This document shows, one piece after another, positions 1-9,713 of a stretch of DNA of 64,000 nt. The first letter of the stretch is position 1. Every line of letters starts with the position of its first letter. Below the pieces are notes generated by a model. The model searched no databases and was not told the origin of the DNA. It saw only the letters and a list, made by a program, of their open reading frames with translations. Origin of the DNA: Synechococcus sp. (lineage in GTDB: Bacteria; Cyanobacteriota; Cyanobacteriia; PCC-6307; Cyanobiaceae). The position numbers were made by a program, and so were the translations under genes. The stretch is from contig JBJBCN010000002.1 of the NCBI GenBank assembly GCA_047285805.1, forward strand, positions 448,001 to 512,000. The letters are read 5' to 3'.

Positions 1-684
1 TCGATCGCATATCTTTTCCTGAGAAGCCTCATTCAGATCCCAGGCCTCACTGCTGCCCTTAGGAATCGATCGGGCACGCTCCAGCAACGGAGGTAGTTCC
101 TGACGCAGCGGCAACAGCAAGCGGGAGATCTGTGCTTTGCTGATGTCGGGCTCAAATGGTTGGGCCAAGATTTCCCAGGGGCTGCGCTCTTGCCCAGATG
201 GGTCTTGCTCGACGGGGGCCAGTTGGCGGGCCTGCTCTTGCCGCAGCCCAATCAGTGTGTTGAGAGCCGGCGCAAAACGCTCAAAGGCGTCGGCTTCTTT
301 GGCGTCCTGCCAGAGGGCATAGCCATGGGCTTGCGCCTGGGCGAGTTGGCTCACCAGGGCCGGGTCCAGGCTGGACTGACGCTCCCATTCCCGGCGCAGG
401 AGCTGGAGATTGCGCTGCTGCTCCGGGGTGGCTGAACCCGCGCTTTCTGCTTCCGCTGCGGCCAGTAGATCGGCGTATTTCGTTGAGGTCTGCCGTTCAT
501 GGAGCTGAAGCGCCAACAGCGCCAACTGCTCACCCCGCCAGCTCGCCGATCTCGCTGGCATTGCCGTGTTTTGATCGAAGAAGAGCGTGCTCTGGATTCC
601 CCCGAGCAGTTGGGTGACGTGCAGGTGATCGCGTAGCTGTGCGTAAGCCTGTCCTGCGCTCAAGGTGCTTGGGACAACGATCAC
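1..684 (-). CDS. Carboxypeptidase M32 (Taq-type), N-terminal part; runs off the window start
   Basis: Absent from the ORF track; translated by hand. The frame is open from GTG 684 or TTG 663 to base 1: QLRDHLHVTQLLGGIQSTLFFDQNTAMPARSASWRGEQLALL...WQDAKEADAFERFAPAL...PWEILAQPFEPD. This matches the M32 N-terminus (DQxTxMP, RGEQ, FEP). Confidence 0.85.
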   Translation of the reverse strand, partial: MIVVPSTLSAGQAYAQLRDHLHVTQLLGGIQSTLFFDQNTAMPARSASWRGEQLALLALQLHERQTSTKYADLLAAAEAESAGSATPEQQRNLQLLRREWERQSSLDPALVSQLAQAQAHGYALWQDAKEADAFERFAPALNTLIGLRQEQARQLAPVEQDPSGQERSPWEILAQPFEPDISKAQISRLLLPLRQELPPLLERARSIPKGSSEAWDLNEASQEKICDR

Positions 685-703
685 GAAACCCTAGGCGTTG
701 TGC

Positions 704-1105
704 TCAGTTCCAGTGGAACTCCATTGGGATAGCCCCTTCCAGGCTCACTTTGACTGGGCAGCTTTCTCCGGCTTTTTGCAGGAGCTTCCGTGCCTTGGCA
801 TCTAGGTGGGCCGGCAGTTCAATCCAGACCTCTAAGTTGGCGATCTTGCGCGGCGCTTCGCTGGTCATGACTTTCTCCACCCGTGCCGTGCACCCCTCAA
901 GACCCCATTCGTGCCGCTCGGCGACGATCCCCATGATCGTGAGGATGCAGGTGGTTAGCGCCGTGGCCACGAGGTCGGTGGGCGAGAAGCGCTCCCCTTG
1001 CCCTTGGTTGTCGGTTGGCGCATCCGTTTCCAGGACTGAGCCCGATGGCCCGTGGACCGATGCACAGCGCAGTTGTCCGCTGTAGCTGCTGGTGATCTGG
1101 GTCAT
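704..1105 (-). CDS. OsmC/Ohr family protein
   Basis: ETDAPTDNQGQGERFSPTDLVATALTTC plus distal CPV give the two-Cys OsmC signature. Confidence 0.9.
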   Translation of the reverse strand: MTQITSSYSGQLRCASVHGPSGSVLETDAPTDNQGQGERFSPTDLVATALTTCILTIMGIVAERHEWGLEGCTARVEKVMTSEAPRKIANLEVWIELPAHLDAKARKLLQKAGESCPVKVSLEGAIPMEFHWN

Positions 1106-1157
1106 AGAACCGTGAGCCTTTTTGGCCAGGTTGGCAGTTCTGAATCGCTCCCCGTAG

Positions 1158-1598
1158 GTGGAACTGATGGCGCTGCTGCCGATTGATCACGGAGTTGGTT
1201 CACCCATGCTCGGCTTGGCCAGGGCGATTCAGCTCTCGGTGGCCCCGGTCTTTCTGCTGACGTCCATTGCCGGTCTGTTGGGTGTGATCAGCTACCGTCT
1301 GGACAGGGTGCTGGACCTGGCCCAGCGGCTGCAGAGCTTTACGGACGAAGCCATGGATTTTGCGTTGCTCAAACGGCGCATGACGTAGCTGATCCGTGCT
1401 AGCGAGGCCGTAACCACCACCGGGGTGCTTGTGGCGGCGGTGGTCGCGGTCACCTTCATCAGCGCGATTGCAGTTATCGACCTGACGGCGATCGTCGTCC
1501 CGCTGTTTGTTGTGGCGATGGTCTCGCTGATGGTGGGGTTGTCGACCCTGCTGCTGGATGCCCGCATCTCAGCGCCGCTGATTGGCCATCGCTTCTAG
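1158..1598 (+). pseudogene. DUF2721-like membrane protein interrupted by an in-frame TAG at 1386-1388
   Basis: The N-terminal half is AIQLSVAPVFLLTSIAGLLGVISYRLDRV. After the TAG the same frame continues for 69 sense codons with two hydrophobic helices, ending at TAG 1596-1598. Confidence 0.75.
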
Positions 1599-1994
1599 GC
1601 GGCAGCTGCAGAGTTGATCCAGTTCGGGGCGACCGGTTAAGGCCAAGCGCCAGTGTGCCCAGAGGCCATAGGCCCAATCCGCCAACGGTCCGATGACGGG
1701 CCAGGCCGTAGGGGCGTACAACCAGCCTAGTCCGATCAGTCGATAGGCCTCGCGGAAGACCGCGACATCCTTCAGAACGGTTCCGTCCCCCTGAATTGCG
1801 TGGATGCGGCCCATGGCGTCCCGGTAGCTGATTCCCTGGTGCTGCTCAGGCCTGTAGTGTGCTTCGTTGATGTCGACAAATGCAATCCGAGCTGAGCTGG
1901 GGTGCAGCCGCTCATCCCGATGGCGCAGGAAATTCACTTCCCGCAGACAGAGCGGACAGCCTCCGTCGTAGAGGAGTGTGAGGTGGATGTTCAT
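1569..1994 (-). CDS. DCC family thiol-disulfide oxidoreductase (DUF393)
   Basis: LLYDGGCPLC motif and AMGRIHAI; start placed at ATG 1994. Confidence 0.88.
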   Translation of the reverse strand: MNIHLTLLYDGGCPLCLREVNFLRHRDERLHPSSARIAFVDINEAHYRPEQHQGISYRDAMGRIHAIQGDGTVLKDVAVFREAYRLIGLGWLYAPTAWPVIGPLADWAYGLWAHWRLALTGRPELDQLCSCRLEAMANQRR

Positions 1995-2067
1995 TGGGGC
2001 AGCCTGAACGATCCGTCGAGCTCTCCGTGGCCCATAGCGTTGACTGGACCTTGCATCAGCGGAACTG

Positions 2068-2526
2068 GTGATGGGCTGGCAGCAGGCTCTGGAGCAATTC
2101 GAGTTCCAGGCGCACGGCAAGGGGTTCTTGCGGATCGACCCTGAGCTGAACCGCTGGATTCGCTCAACGGGTGTGCTTCAGGGCGTTCTTCATCTCAGTT
2201 CGCTGCACACCAGCTGCAGCCTGACCATTAATGAGAACGCCGATCCACGGGTTCTCGACGATCTCGCGGCCTGGATGGAGGCGGTGGTTCCCCAGTTCGC
2301 CCATGGCGCCTTGGATGGCTCCGATTCCCTGCGTTGTTATCGCCATGACGACGAGGGACCCGACGACATGCCCGCCCATATCCGCGCGGCGTTGACGAGC
2401 CAAACCTTGTCCCTAAGCGTTGTGGACGGGGAGTTGTATCTGGGCATGTGGCAAGCGGTCTACCTGTGGGAGCACCGCGCTAGACCCAAGCTCAGGCGGG
2501 TCGCTGCCCATCTGATCGGGGAGTAG
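2068..2526 (+). CDS. YjbQ family (secondary thiamine-phosphate synthase) protein
   Basis: HTSCSLTINENADP, HDDEGPDDMPAHI and LGMWQAVYLWEHR motifs. Confidence 0.9.
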   Translation: MMGWQQALEQFEFQAHGKGFLRIDPELNRWIRSTGVLQGVLHLSSLHTSCSLTINENADPRVLDDLAAWMEAVVPQFAHGALDGSDSLRCYRHDDEGPDDMPAHIRAALTSQTLSLSVVDGELYLGMWQAVYLWEHRARPKLRRVAAHLIGE

Positions 2527-2528
2527 GA

Positions 2529-2783
2529 ATGTCGCTTTCTCTTGAAGAACTGACTGTGGAGCTCATTCGCCTGCAAGAGCGGGTGGAGACGCTGGAGGTT
2601 GAACTGGCCTCGCTGCGGGGCCGGGAGCTGTCGCCTTCAACCCAGTTGGCGCGGCGGAATGCCGAACGACTGGCGGAGGAGGTTCGTCGACGCCGGGAGA
2701 GTACGCCGGAGCCGGAGGACGACACCGACATTGATCTCTTGATCGATCGCCTGCATGACTTGGCCCTCGAGAATGGGCCTTAG
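2529..2783 (+). CDS. Small coiled-coil hypothetical protein
   Basis: Operon spacing; heptad-rich N-terminus; acidic DIDLLIDRLHD tail. Confidence 0.7.
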   Translation: MSLSLEELTVELIRLQERVETLEVELASLRGRELSPSTQLARRNAERLAEEVRRRRESTPEPEDDTDIDLLIDRLHDLALENGP

Positions 2784-2786
2784 TTC

Positions 2787-3077
2787 TTGGTTCTGTGGAT
2801 GGCCACACCGATCAACGTCCTCCACGGGCCTGTGCCCGATCAATTGGAGCAATTGGGCCTCGCCCAGTGGCCGATCTGGAGCTGCGAGATCAGCTCCTTT
2901 CCTTGGACCTACGACGAGCAGGAAACCTGCCTGCTGCTAGAGGGGGATGTCACAGTGACGCCCGAGGGCGGTGAACCCGTGCGCTTTGGCGCCGGCGATC
3001 TGGTCACCTTTGCCGCTGGGCTCTCCTGCCACTGGGATGTGCATCAGCCTGTGCGCAAGCACTACCGCTTCGGTTGA
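2787..3077 (+). CDS. Cupin domain protein (DUF861/EutQ-like)
   Basis: WPIWSCEISSFPWTYDEQETCLLLEGDVTV...GDLVTF...VRKHY; true start may be ATG 2799. Confidence 0.9.
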   Translation: MVLWMATPINVLHGPVPDQLEQLGLAQWPIWSCEISSFPWTYDEQETCLLLEGDVTVTPEGGEPVRFGAGDLVTFAAGLSCHWDVHQPVRKHYRFG

Positions 3078-3098
3078 GCCGCGCCAGGCTGAGGGCCG

Positions 3099-3398
3099 TT
3101 GGATGGGTTTGTGATGGCCGCTGTTCCGCTCACCTCAGCTCAAATCGATCGGCTTGAGCAGCAGTTGCCCGGCTGGAGCTTGATGGACGGCAAGCTGCAC
3201 CGGGACATGGTGTTCGCTGACTTCAATGCGGCCTTTGGCTTCATGACCCGGGTGGCCCTGATCGCCGAAGCGATGGGCCATCACCCGGAATGGCGCAACG
3301 TCTGGAACCGGGTGGTGATTGATCTGACAACCCATGACACCGGCGGGCTCTCCAACCTCGATCAGCAGTTGGCGCAGCGGATCAATGCCTTGGTTTGA
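3099..3398 (+). CDS. phhB: Pterin-4-alpha-carbinolamine dehydratase
   Basis: [17 protein letters not shown] and [10 protein letters not shown] motifs. Confidence 0.92.
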   Translation: MDGFVMAAVPLTSAQIDRLEQQLPGWSLMDGKLHRDMVFADFNAAFGFMTRVALIAEAMGHHPEWRNVWNRVVIDLTTHDTGGLSNLDQQLAQRINALV

Positions 3399-3430
3399 CC
3401 GTAGATTCGACGCACTGAGGGGCGCCTCGC

Positions 3431-5245
3431 ATGTGCGGATTGGCAGGCGAACTCACGGGTGGGTCCGCCGAGACCATGCCCCGCGCCCAGGCCGCGCGCA
3501 TTGCTGAACTCCTGCTGCACCGCGGCCCCGATGACTCGGGCATCTGGCAGAGCCGGACCTGCACCCTGATTCATCGCCGCCTGTCGATTCAGGACCTGTC
3601 GCCGGCGGGCCATCAGCCGATGCAGTCCGCCAGCGGGCGCTACCGCCTGGTCTTCAACGGCGAGATCTACAACTACAAAGCGCTCCGCGAGCAGTTGGAG
3701 GCCCGCGGCGAGCGGTTTGTGTCCACGGGCGACACCGAGGTGCTCCTGCGGCTCTTGATCCGCGAGGGCGCTGCAGCGCTGCCGCAATTGCGGGGGATGT
3801 TCGCCTTTTGTTTGTTTGACCAAGAGAGCCAGAGCGCCCTCTTGGGCCGGGACCCCTTCGGCATCAAACCGCTCTATCTCTTCCGATCGGGCGCGGAGCG
3901 TCTTCTGTTCTCATCGGAGGTCCGGGCGCTTCTGCGCAGCAGCGCGGTTCCCCGCGAGCTCAATGGGGCGGCGCTGCAGCACTACCTGATGTTTGGCTGC
4001 GTCCCCCAGCTGGAGACCTTGGTGCAGGGACTGAACGCGCTTCCTCCCGGACACGTCGCCCGCTGGCAAAACGGTGAACTCGCCATCGACTGCTACTGGC
4101 AGCCTCGCTTTGCTGCCGAGCCGGAGGCTGGACCCTATGACGCGCTGGTGGAGCGGGCTCGTGCGGCCGTCGGGGAGAGCGTCAAAGCCCACATGGTGTC
4201 TGACGTGCCGGTGGGACTGTTCCTCTCGGGGGGGATGGATTCATCGGCGATCCTCGCGGCGACGGATCAGCGGCTGACGACCCTCTCGATTGGCTTTGAG
4301 GAGGAGGCCTTCGATGAGAGCGAACTGGCTGAACAGGTGGCGCGTCGTTTTGGCTCGGAGCATCGCCGCTTGCTGCTGTGCCGCGATCAGGCTTGGTCAC
4401 GGCTGCCGGCGTTTTTTGATGCCCTCGATCAACCCAGCAGCGATGGCTTCAACACCTATTGCGTGTCCGCGGAAGCGGCGGAGGCGGGCCTGAAGGTGGT
4501 GATGAGTGGTTTGGGGGGGGATGAGCTCTTTGGCGGTTACCCGCTCTTTCAGTCCGTGCCCAAGTTGCTGGCCCTGCGCCGGCGTCTGGGCCCGGCCGCC
4601 TGGGCCGGCTCCCAGCTGATCAAGCCCCTGAAGCGCGCCAAGCTCCAGCGCTTGGCCGATTACCTCGCCAGCCCCCCTGGTCTCGCGGCCGCCCATCGCT
4701 GCATGCGCACGATTTTTTCGGAGCGGGAAGCGTCGCGGCTGATCAAGCTGTGGAAGTTGCCCCCACCGCTGGCCTTATCTTTGGTGCAGCTCCCTGAAAG
4801 TGTTGTGGGGGCGGAGCTCGCTGATCAGATCGCCTGGCTTGAAACCTCTAGCTACATGGGGGGTATGTTGCTGCGCGACAGCGATGCCCTCTCCATGGCG
4901 AGTTCCCTCGAGCTGCGGGTCCCGCTGGTAGACGTCGCTTTGTTTGAGGCGTTGGCACCGGTTGCGGCTTCAGCGCGGTTGGCGCCGGGCAAGCAGCTGC
5001 TGCGGGATGCATTCCCCGAGGTGACGGCCGTTTTGCAGGATGCCCCGAAGCGCGGTTTTGTGATTCCCTTCGACCAGTGGCTTCGCACACCGTCCCAGTC
5101 GAAAGGATTGCCCCAGCTGGATCTCACAGCTGCAGCGCGCGCCGTCGATTTGAGGCCTTGGGCGAGGCGGTGGGGATTGCTCGTGCTCGCCGATTGGTTG
5201 GAGCGCAATATGGGGATCACACTCCAACCCGGTGAGGGCACCTAA
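3431..5245 (+). CDS. asnB: Asparagine synthase (glutamine-hydrolysing) family amidotransferase
   Basis: Ntn Cys (MCGLAG), [30 protein letters not shown]-loop SGGMDSS and [12 protein letters not shown]. Confidence 0.9.
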   Translation: MCGLAGELTGGSAETMPRAQAARIAELLLHRGPDDSGIWQSRTCTLIHRRLSIQDLSPAGHQPMQSASGRYRLVFNGEIYNYKALREQLEARGERFVSTGDTEVLLRLLIREGAAALPQLRGMFAFCLFDQESQSALLGRDPFGIKPLYLFRSGAERLLFSSEVRALLRSSAVPRELNGAALQHYLMFGCVPQLETLVQGLNALPPGHVARWQNGELAIDCYWQPRFAAEPEAGPYDALVERARAAVGESVKAHMVSDVPVGLFLSGGMDSSAILAATDQRLTTLSIGFEEEAFDESELAEQVARRFGSEHRRLLLCRDQAWSRLPAFFDALDQPSSDGFNTYCVSAEAAEAGLKVVMSGLGGDELFGGYPLFQSVPKLLALRRRLGPAAWAGSQLIKPLKRAKLQRLADYLASPPGLAAAHRCMRTIFSEREASRLIKLWKLPPPLALSLVQLPESVVGAELADQIAWLETSSYMGGMLLRDSDALSMASSLELRVPLVDVALFEALAPVAASARLAPGKQLLRDAFPEVTAVLQDAPKRGFVIPFDQWLRTPSQSKGLPQLDLTAAARAVDLRPWARRWGLLVLADWLERNMGITLQPGEGT

Positions 5246-7860
5246 ACCAGCAGCGGCAGCTTGCTGGGGTCCACCTGCTGGAAGCGCAGTTGCCCGTTCT
5301 CGACGTCCACCGCGACGTCGTGGCCGGGGCTGAACTTTCCGCCCAGAATCCCTTTGGCAATTGGGGTTTCCAATTCCCGCTGGATCGCTCGTTTGAGCGG
5401 GCGGGCGCCGTAGACCGGGTCGTAGCCGACTCCGGCGAGCCAATCGAGGGCGTCTGCACTGACCTGGAGGCCCAGCTTCTTGTCTTCGAGCCGTTGGGCA
5501 AGCCGTTGGACCTGAAGTTCCACGATCTGCCGCAGTTCCTCCTCTTTGAGGCTGTGGAAGATGATCGACTCATCCAGCCGGTTGAGGAACTCCGGGCGGA
5601 AGTGGCCGCGCAGGGCTTCATGCACCCGCGCTTCCATTTCGCTGTGACGGTTCGGGTCGCCGGCGAGATCAAGGATGGATTGGCTGCCGATGTTGCTCGT
5701 GAGGATGAGCACCGTGTTGGTGAAATCAACCGTGCGGCCCTGTCCGTCGGTGACGCGGCCGTCATCGAGGATTTGCAGCATCACGTTGAAGACATCGTGG
5801 TGGGCCTTCTCCACCTCGTCGAAGAGGATCACGGCATAGGGCCGGCGCCGCACGGCTTCGGTGAGCTGTCCGCCTTCCTCGTAGCCGACATAGCCCGGAG
5901 GGGCACCGATCAGGCGGCTGACGGTGTGCTTCTCCATGTACTCGGACATGTCGATGCGCACCATGGCGTCCTCGCTGTCAAAGAGCTGGGAGGCCAGTGC
6001 CTTGGAGAGCTCGGTTTTACCGACACCGGTGGGGCCGAGGAAGAGGAAGCTGGCAATCGGCCGGTTTGGATCGCTCAAGCCTGCGCGGGAGCGTTGGATG
6101 GCGTCGGCAATCGCGGTCACGGCTTGGTCCTGCCCAATCACCCGGGTGTGGAGCTCCTCTTCGAGTTGCAGCAGTTTTTGCATCTCGCTTTGCACCAACT
6201 TGGCGACCGGAATCCCCGTCCACTTGGCGATCACCTCGGCGATGTCGTCCTCGGTGACCTCCTCGCGCAGCAGTGACTTCTCATCGCCCTCGCCGCTGAG
6301 CTCCTCTTCCTTGGCGGCCAGCTTTTGGTGCAGTCCCGTCAGGGTCCCGTATTCGAGCTCGGCGGCCTTGTTGAGGTCGTAGCTGCGTTTGGCTTGCTCG
6401 ATCTGCAGTTGCACCTGCTCGATCTCCTCTTTGATCGCGCTCAGCTCATCGATGGAGCCCTTTTCCTGTTGCCACTGGGCATTGAGGGCACTCTGCTGCT
6501 CGCTGAGGTCGGCGAGTTCCTTCTCCAACCGCTCCAGCCGGTCCTTGCTGGCGGCATCTGATTCACGGCCGAGGGACAGCTTCTCCATCTCCAACTGGAG
6601 GATGCGGCGATCGAGCTCGTCGATCTGCTCGGGCTTGGAGGTGATTTCCATCTTCAGCCGCGCCGCGGATTCATCCACGAGGTCGATGGCCTTGTCCGGC
6701 AGGAATCGATCGGCGATGTAGCGGCTGCTGAGCACCGCGGCAGCCACCAGGGCGTTGTCGGCGATGCGCACGCCATGGTGCACCTCGTAGCGCTCCTTCA
6801 AGCCGCGCAGGATCGAGATCGTGTCCTCGACGGTGGGCTGATCGACAAAGACCTGCTGGAAGCGTCGCTCCAGGGCTGGATCCTTCTCAATGTGCTGGCG
6901 GTGTTCGTCCAGGGTGGTGGCGCCGATGCAGCGCAGTTCCCCGCGGGCCAGCATCGGTTTGAGCAGGTTGCTGGCATCCATGGCACCGCCGCTGGCACCG
7001 GCCCCCACCACGGTATGGATCTCATCGATGAACAGCACGATCTGTCCCTCGGAGGCGGTCACCTCCTTGAGCACGGCCTTCAGCCGTTCTTCGAATTCAC
7101 CGCGGTACTTGGCACCGGCGATTAGGGCCCCCATATCCAGGGCAATGAGCTGACGGTTCTGCAGGGCCTGCGGGACGTCGCCATTGACGATCCGTTGGGC
7201 CAGGCCTTCGACGATGGCTGTTTTACCCACGCCGGGTTCGCCGATCAGCACCGGGTTGTTCTTGGTGCGGCGGCTCAGGATCTGAATCGTGCGGCGGATT
7301 TCCTCGTCGCGGCCGATGACCGGGTCGAGCTTGCCGTCCTTGGCCGCCTGGGTGAGATCGCGGCCGTACTTCTCCAGGGACTCGTAGGTGCCTTCGGGGT
7401 TCTGATCGGTCACTTTTTGGGATCCGCGAATCGCCTGAACGGCGTCTTTGAGCTTGGCGGCATCGGTGCCGGCCTGCGAGAGCAGCTGTTTTCCGCAGCG
7501 ATCATCCGTCGCCAGGGCCAGCAGAAGATGCTCGATGGCGATGTAGCTGTCGCCGTAGGACCCTTTGAGCGTGTTGGCTTGATCAAGGACGGCGTTGAGA
7601 CCCTTGCCGAGGTAGACGTTCTCGGGGGGAGAACTCAAGGACGGTTGCCCTTCGATGTGGGCGTCGATCCTTTGGCTGAGGGTGCCGACATCCACTCCGG
7701 CCTTCTCCAGCACCCGAGAGGCCAGCCCCTGTTGCGACAGCAAGGCGGCGAAGAGATGCTCGCTTTCCATCTGCTGCTGCCGGCGCTGCTGCGCCAACTG
7801 CTGCGCAGCCACGATGGCGGCCCAGGCTTTTTCAGTGAAGAGTTCGGCGGTCGGATGCAT
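5242..7860 (-). CDS. clpB: ATP-dependent disaggregase ClpB
   Basis: Two AAA+ domains ([16 protein letters not shown]), long M-domain coiled coil, 872 aa. Confidence 0.97.
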   Translation of the reverse strand: MHPTAELFTEKAWAAIVAAQQLAQQRRQQQMESEHLFAALLSQQGLASRVLEKAGVDVGTLSQRIDAHIEGQPSLSSPPENVYLGKGLNAVLDQANTLKGSYGDSYIAIEHLLLALATDDRCGKQLLSQAGTDAAKLKDAVQAIRGSQKVTDQNPEGTYESLEKYGRDLTQAAKDGKLDPVIGRDEEIRRTIQILSRRTKNNPVLIGEPGVGKTAIVEGLAQRIVNGDVPQALQNRQLIALDMGALIAGAKYRGEFEERLKAVLKEVTASEGQIVLFIDEIHTVVGAGASGGAMDASNLLKPMLARGELRCIGATTLDEHRQHIEKDPALERRFQQVFVDQPTVEDTISILRGLKERYEVHHGVRIADNALVAAAVLSSRYIADRFLPDKAIDLVDESAARLKMEITSKPEQIDELDRRILQLEMEKLSLGRESDAASKDRLERLEKELADLSEQQSALNAQWQQEKGSIDELSAIKEEIEQVQLQIEQAKRSYDLNKAAELEYGTLTGLHQKLAAKEEELSGEGDEKSLLREEVTEDDIAEVIAKWTGIPVAKLVQSEMQKLLQLEEELHTRVIGQDQAVTAIADAIQRSRAGLSDPNRPIASFLFLGPTGVGKTELSKALASQLFDSEDAMVRIDMSEYMEKHTVSRLIGAPPGYVGYEEGGQLTEAVRRRPYAVILFDEVEKAHHDVFNVMLQILDDGRVTDGQGRTVDFTNTVLILTSNIGSQSILDLAGDPNRHSEMEARVHEALRGHFRPEFLNRLDESIIFHSLKEEELRQIVELQVQRLAQRLEDKKLGLQVSADALDWLAGVGYDPVYGARPLKRAIQRELETPIAKGILGGKFSPGHDVAVDVENGQLRFQQVDPSKLPLLV

Positions 7861-7996
7861 GGTGGTCCTCCCTCAGTTGGGTGGTGACCAAACCGTATGG
7901 CGATTGTTGGGGGAAGGAGGAGCGGAGAACCGAAGCTCTTGCTTCGGTCCTCCACCCCCCTGTCGTGTGAGCTGTCTGTTCGGGACGGTTACCCGC

Positions 7997-8359
7997 TCAG
8001 CGCGGCGAACCGTTGTAGATCACTTGGGTGACTTGGCGGCCATCGACGGAGACCTGCAGCTCGGTTTCGGTGGTCGGGGCAATGCCTTGCTCAATCCACC
8101 CGGGTCGGCCGCCGAGGAACTTGAAGCGGAATCCCTGGCTGTTGTTTTGCGTGAGGCAGCTGCCCCCGCCGTCACCGGTGTTGAACATGCAGGCGGCTGG
8201 GCGATAGACGCTGAGGCCGCCGTTGTTGTTGACGGCCCAGTTGCGTGCGACGTTGAGCGCGCGCACATTGGCGGCACTGACCTGGGCGATGACAGGCAGG
8301 CTGCTCAAGAGTGCGCTGCCAGCCATCAAGGCAGAGGTCTTCACCAGGGACTTGGCCAT
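7997..8359 (-). CDS. Secreted hypothetical protein
   Basis: Signal peptide ending VIA-Q; two Cys (ACMF...GSCL). Confidence 0.7.
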   Translation of the reverse strand: MAKSLVKTSALMAGSALLSSLPVIAQVSAANVRALNVARNWAVNNNGGLSVYRPAACMFNTGDGGGSCLTQNNSQGFRFKFLGGRPGWIEQGIAPTTETELQVSVDGRQVTQVIYNGSPR

Positions 8360-8410
8360 GACCGAGGCGGTTGAGAGAGGAGAGACCTCTTCAGTGTGGC
8401 CAGGGTTTCC

Positions 8411-8779
8411 CTATTGGGCCGCGGGGAGGGGCAGGACGCCGCTGGTCTGGCCGCACAAGCGGGACGGGCAGCCATCAGCGCTGTAAATCGCATCCCCTGG
8501 GGACAAGCATCCCATTCGATTTTTCTGCGGCACCTCGCTTGGAGCAATGCGCAGGGGTTGCAGCGCCGGGAGGGTTGGGTTGACCACCAGCCGGCAGTGT
8601 TTGGCGCCAATCACCCGCAGTGCGTTTGTACCAATCGTCGCGGGTGTCCCCCCGCCTTGGATCAGATCGAGGGGCGACCGGGCTTCATTGGTTTGGGCCT
8701 GACCCGTCGATCCCCAGAGCAGCTGGCTGAGCAACAGCAGCAACCAGGCACTCCGAGTGGCCATCATGACTGGATCCAT
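8411..8779 (-). CDS. Secreted Cys-containing hypothetical protein
   Basis: Signal-like WLLLLLSQLLWGSTGQA and four Cys in the mature part; start uncertain. Confidence 0.6.
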   Translation of the reverse strand: MDPVMMATRSAWLLLLLSQLLWGSTGQAQTNEARSPLDLIQGGGTPATIGTNALRVIGAKHCRLVVNPTLPALQPLRIAPSEVPQKNRMGCLSPGDAIYSADGCPSRLCGQTSGVLPLPAAQ

Positions 8780-8808
8780 TGGCCCTAGTCTGCTCAAGAC
8801 CACCGGAG

Positions 8809-9030
8809 ATGACCGTCGATTCAGCTGCTCAAGACCCATCCCGGTCTGCATTGGTCCAGCGGTTGGCCCAGGAGTCTTTTGCCTTTGATGGCACCGCCCG
8901 CGACCCCGAGCGCAATTGCTGGTTGGTTGTTCACCGGCACCAACATGGTTGTCTGCCCAGTGAGTACGACATCCGCGAAGTGGACGAGGCGCTTTATTTG
9001 GAGGTCCTCGAAGCGCGACGTTCCGGCTGA
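8809..9030 (+). CDS. Small hypothetical protein
   Basis: GGAG just before ATG 8809; WLVVHRHQHGCLPSEYDIREVDEALYLEVL looks protein-like. Confidence 0.65.
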   Translation: MTVDSAAQDPSRSALVQRLAQESFAFDGTARDPERNCWLVVHRHQHGCLPSEYDIREVDEALYLEVLEARRSG

Positions 9031-9220
9031 TCGCAGTCCGTGTGTGAACCGTTCAGTGATGGGATTGCCGCGAGCTTTGATCGCTTGAGGAACTCTGCTA
9101 CGGAGCGGGCCGGATCCCTTGCTGCCTGAGTTTGAACGGGGCCCTCGCCCATGTCTTTGCCAGCTGAACATTCATCAGCGTCGCGCTCTCAGCGCGCTGA
9201 TGCAACGAAAGAAATCAGGC

Positions 9221-9250
9221 AAAAAAAAAACCGCCCCGTCGGGGGCGGTT
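9221..9250 (-). terminator. Rho-independent terminator of petJ
   Basis: The minus strand reads AACCGCCCC-CGAC-GGGGCGGTT followed by a long T run. Confidence 0.9.
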
Positions 9251-9277
9251 GCGGATGTCAGTCGTTCAGGGACTGAA

Positions 9278-9619
9278 TCACGCCCAGCCGTTCTGGCTCT
9301 GGGATTCGACGTAGGCAGCGACGTCGGCGATATCACCGGCGCTCAGCTTGCCGCTGAAGGCGGGCATGGCGTTCTTGCCGTTGGTGACTTGGTACTGGAT
9401 GGCCTCTTCATGGCCAGCGCTGTAGTTGGCCAGGTAGGACTCGAGGGCATCTTTCTTAAGGGTGCGCTCGGCGTTCACCACGTTGCCGCCGCCCATGTGG
9501 CAAGCAGCGCAGTTCGCGGAGAAGATCTGGGCGCCGTGGTCGGCGTCAGCGGCGAAGCTGGGGGAAGCACCCAGCACCAGCGCCAGGCAAAGGGCAATCA
9601 AGGAGAGGAGACGGCGCAT
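9278..9619 (-). CDS. petJ: Cytochrome c6
   Basis: Signal peptide, CAACH heme motif and GKNAMPAF axial Met. Confidence 0.96.
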   Translation of the reverse strand: MRRLLSLIALCLALVLGASPSFAADADHGAQIFSANCAACHMGGGNVVNAERTLKKDALESYLANYSAGHEEAIQYQVTNGKNAMPAFSGKLSAGDIADVAAYVESQSQNGWA

Positions 9620-9713
9620 CTGAGCTCGTGCAACCTCGACAAATTAGGAGGCGAAGGCGGTCCTCGTCGTGATTGCCGCAGAGGTTCGCAACATTTGAAA
9701 CCTGATGTTGTGA

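Noticed and set aside
3431..5245. AsnB as a lasso-peptide cyclase
   Set aside because: It retains the N-terminal catalytic Cys, and no precursor, B1/RRE or B2 protease gene is nearby.
5290..7887. Several long plus-strand ORFs over clpB
   Set aside because: They are antisense shadows of a conserved gene.
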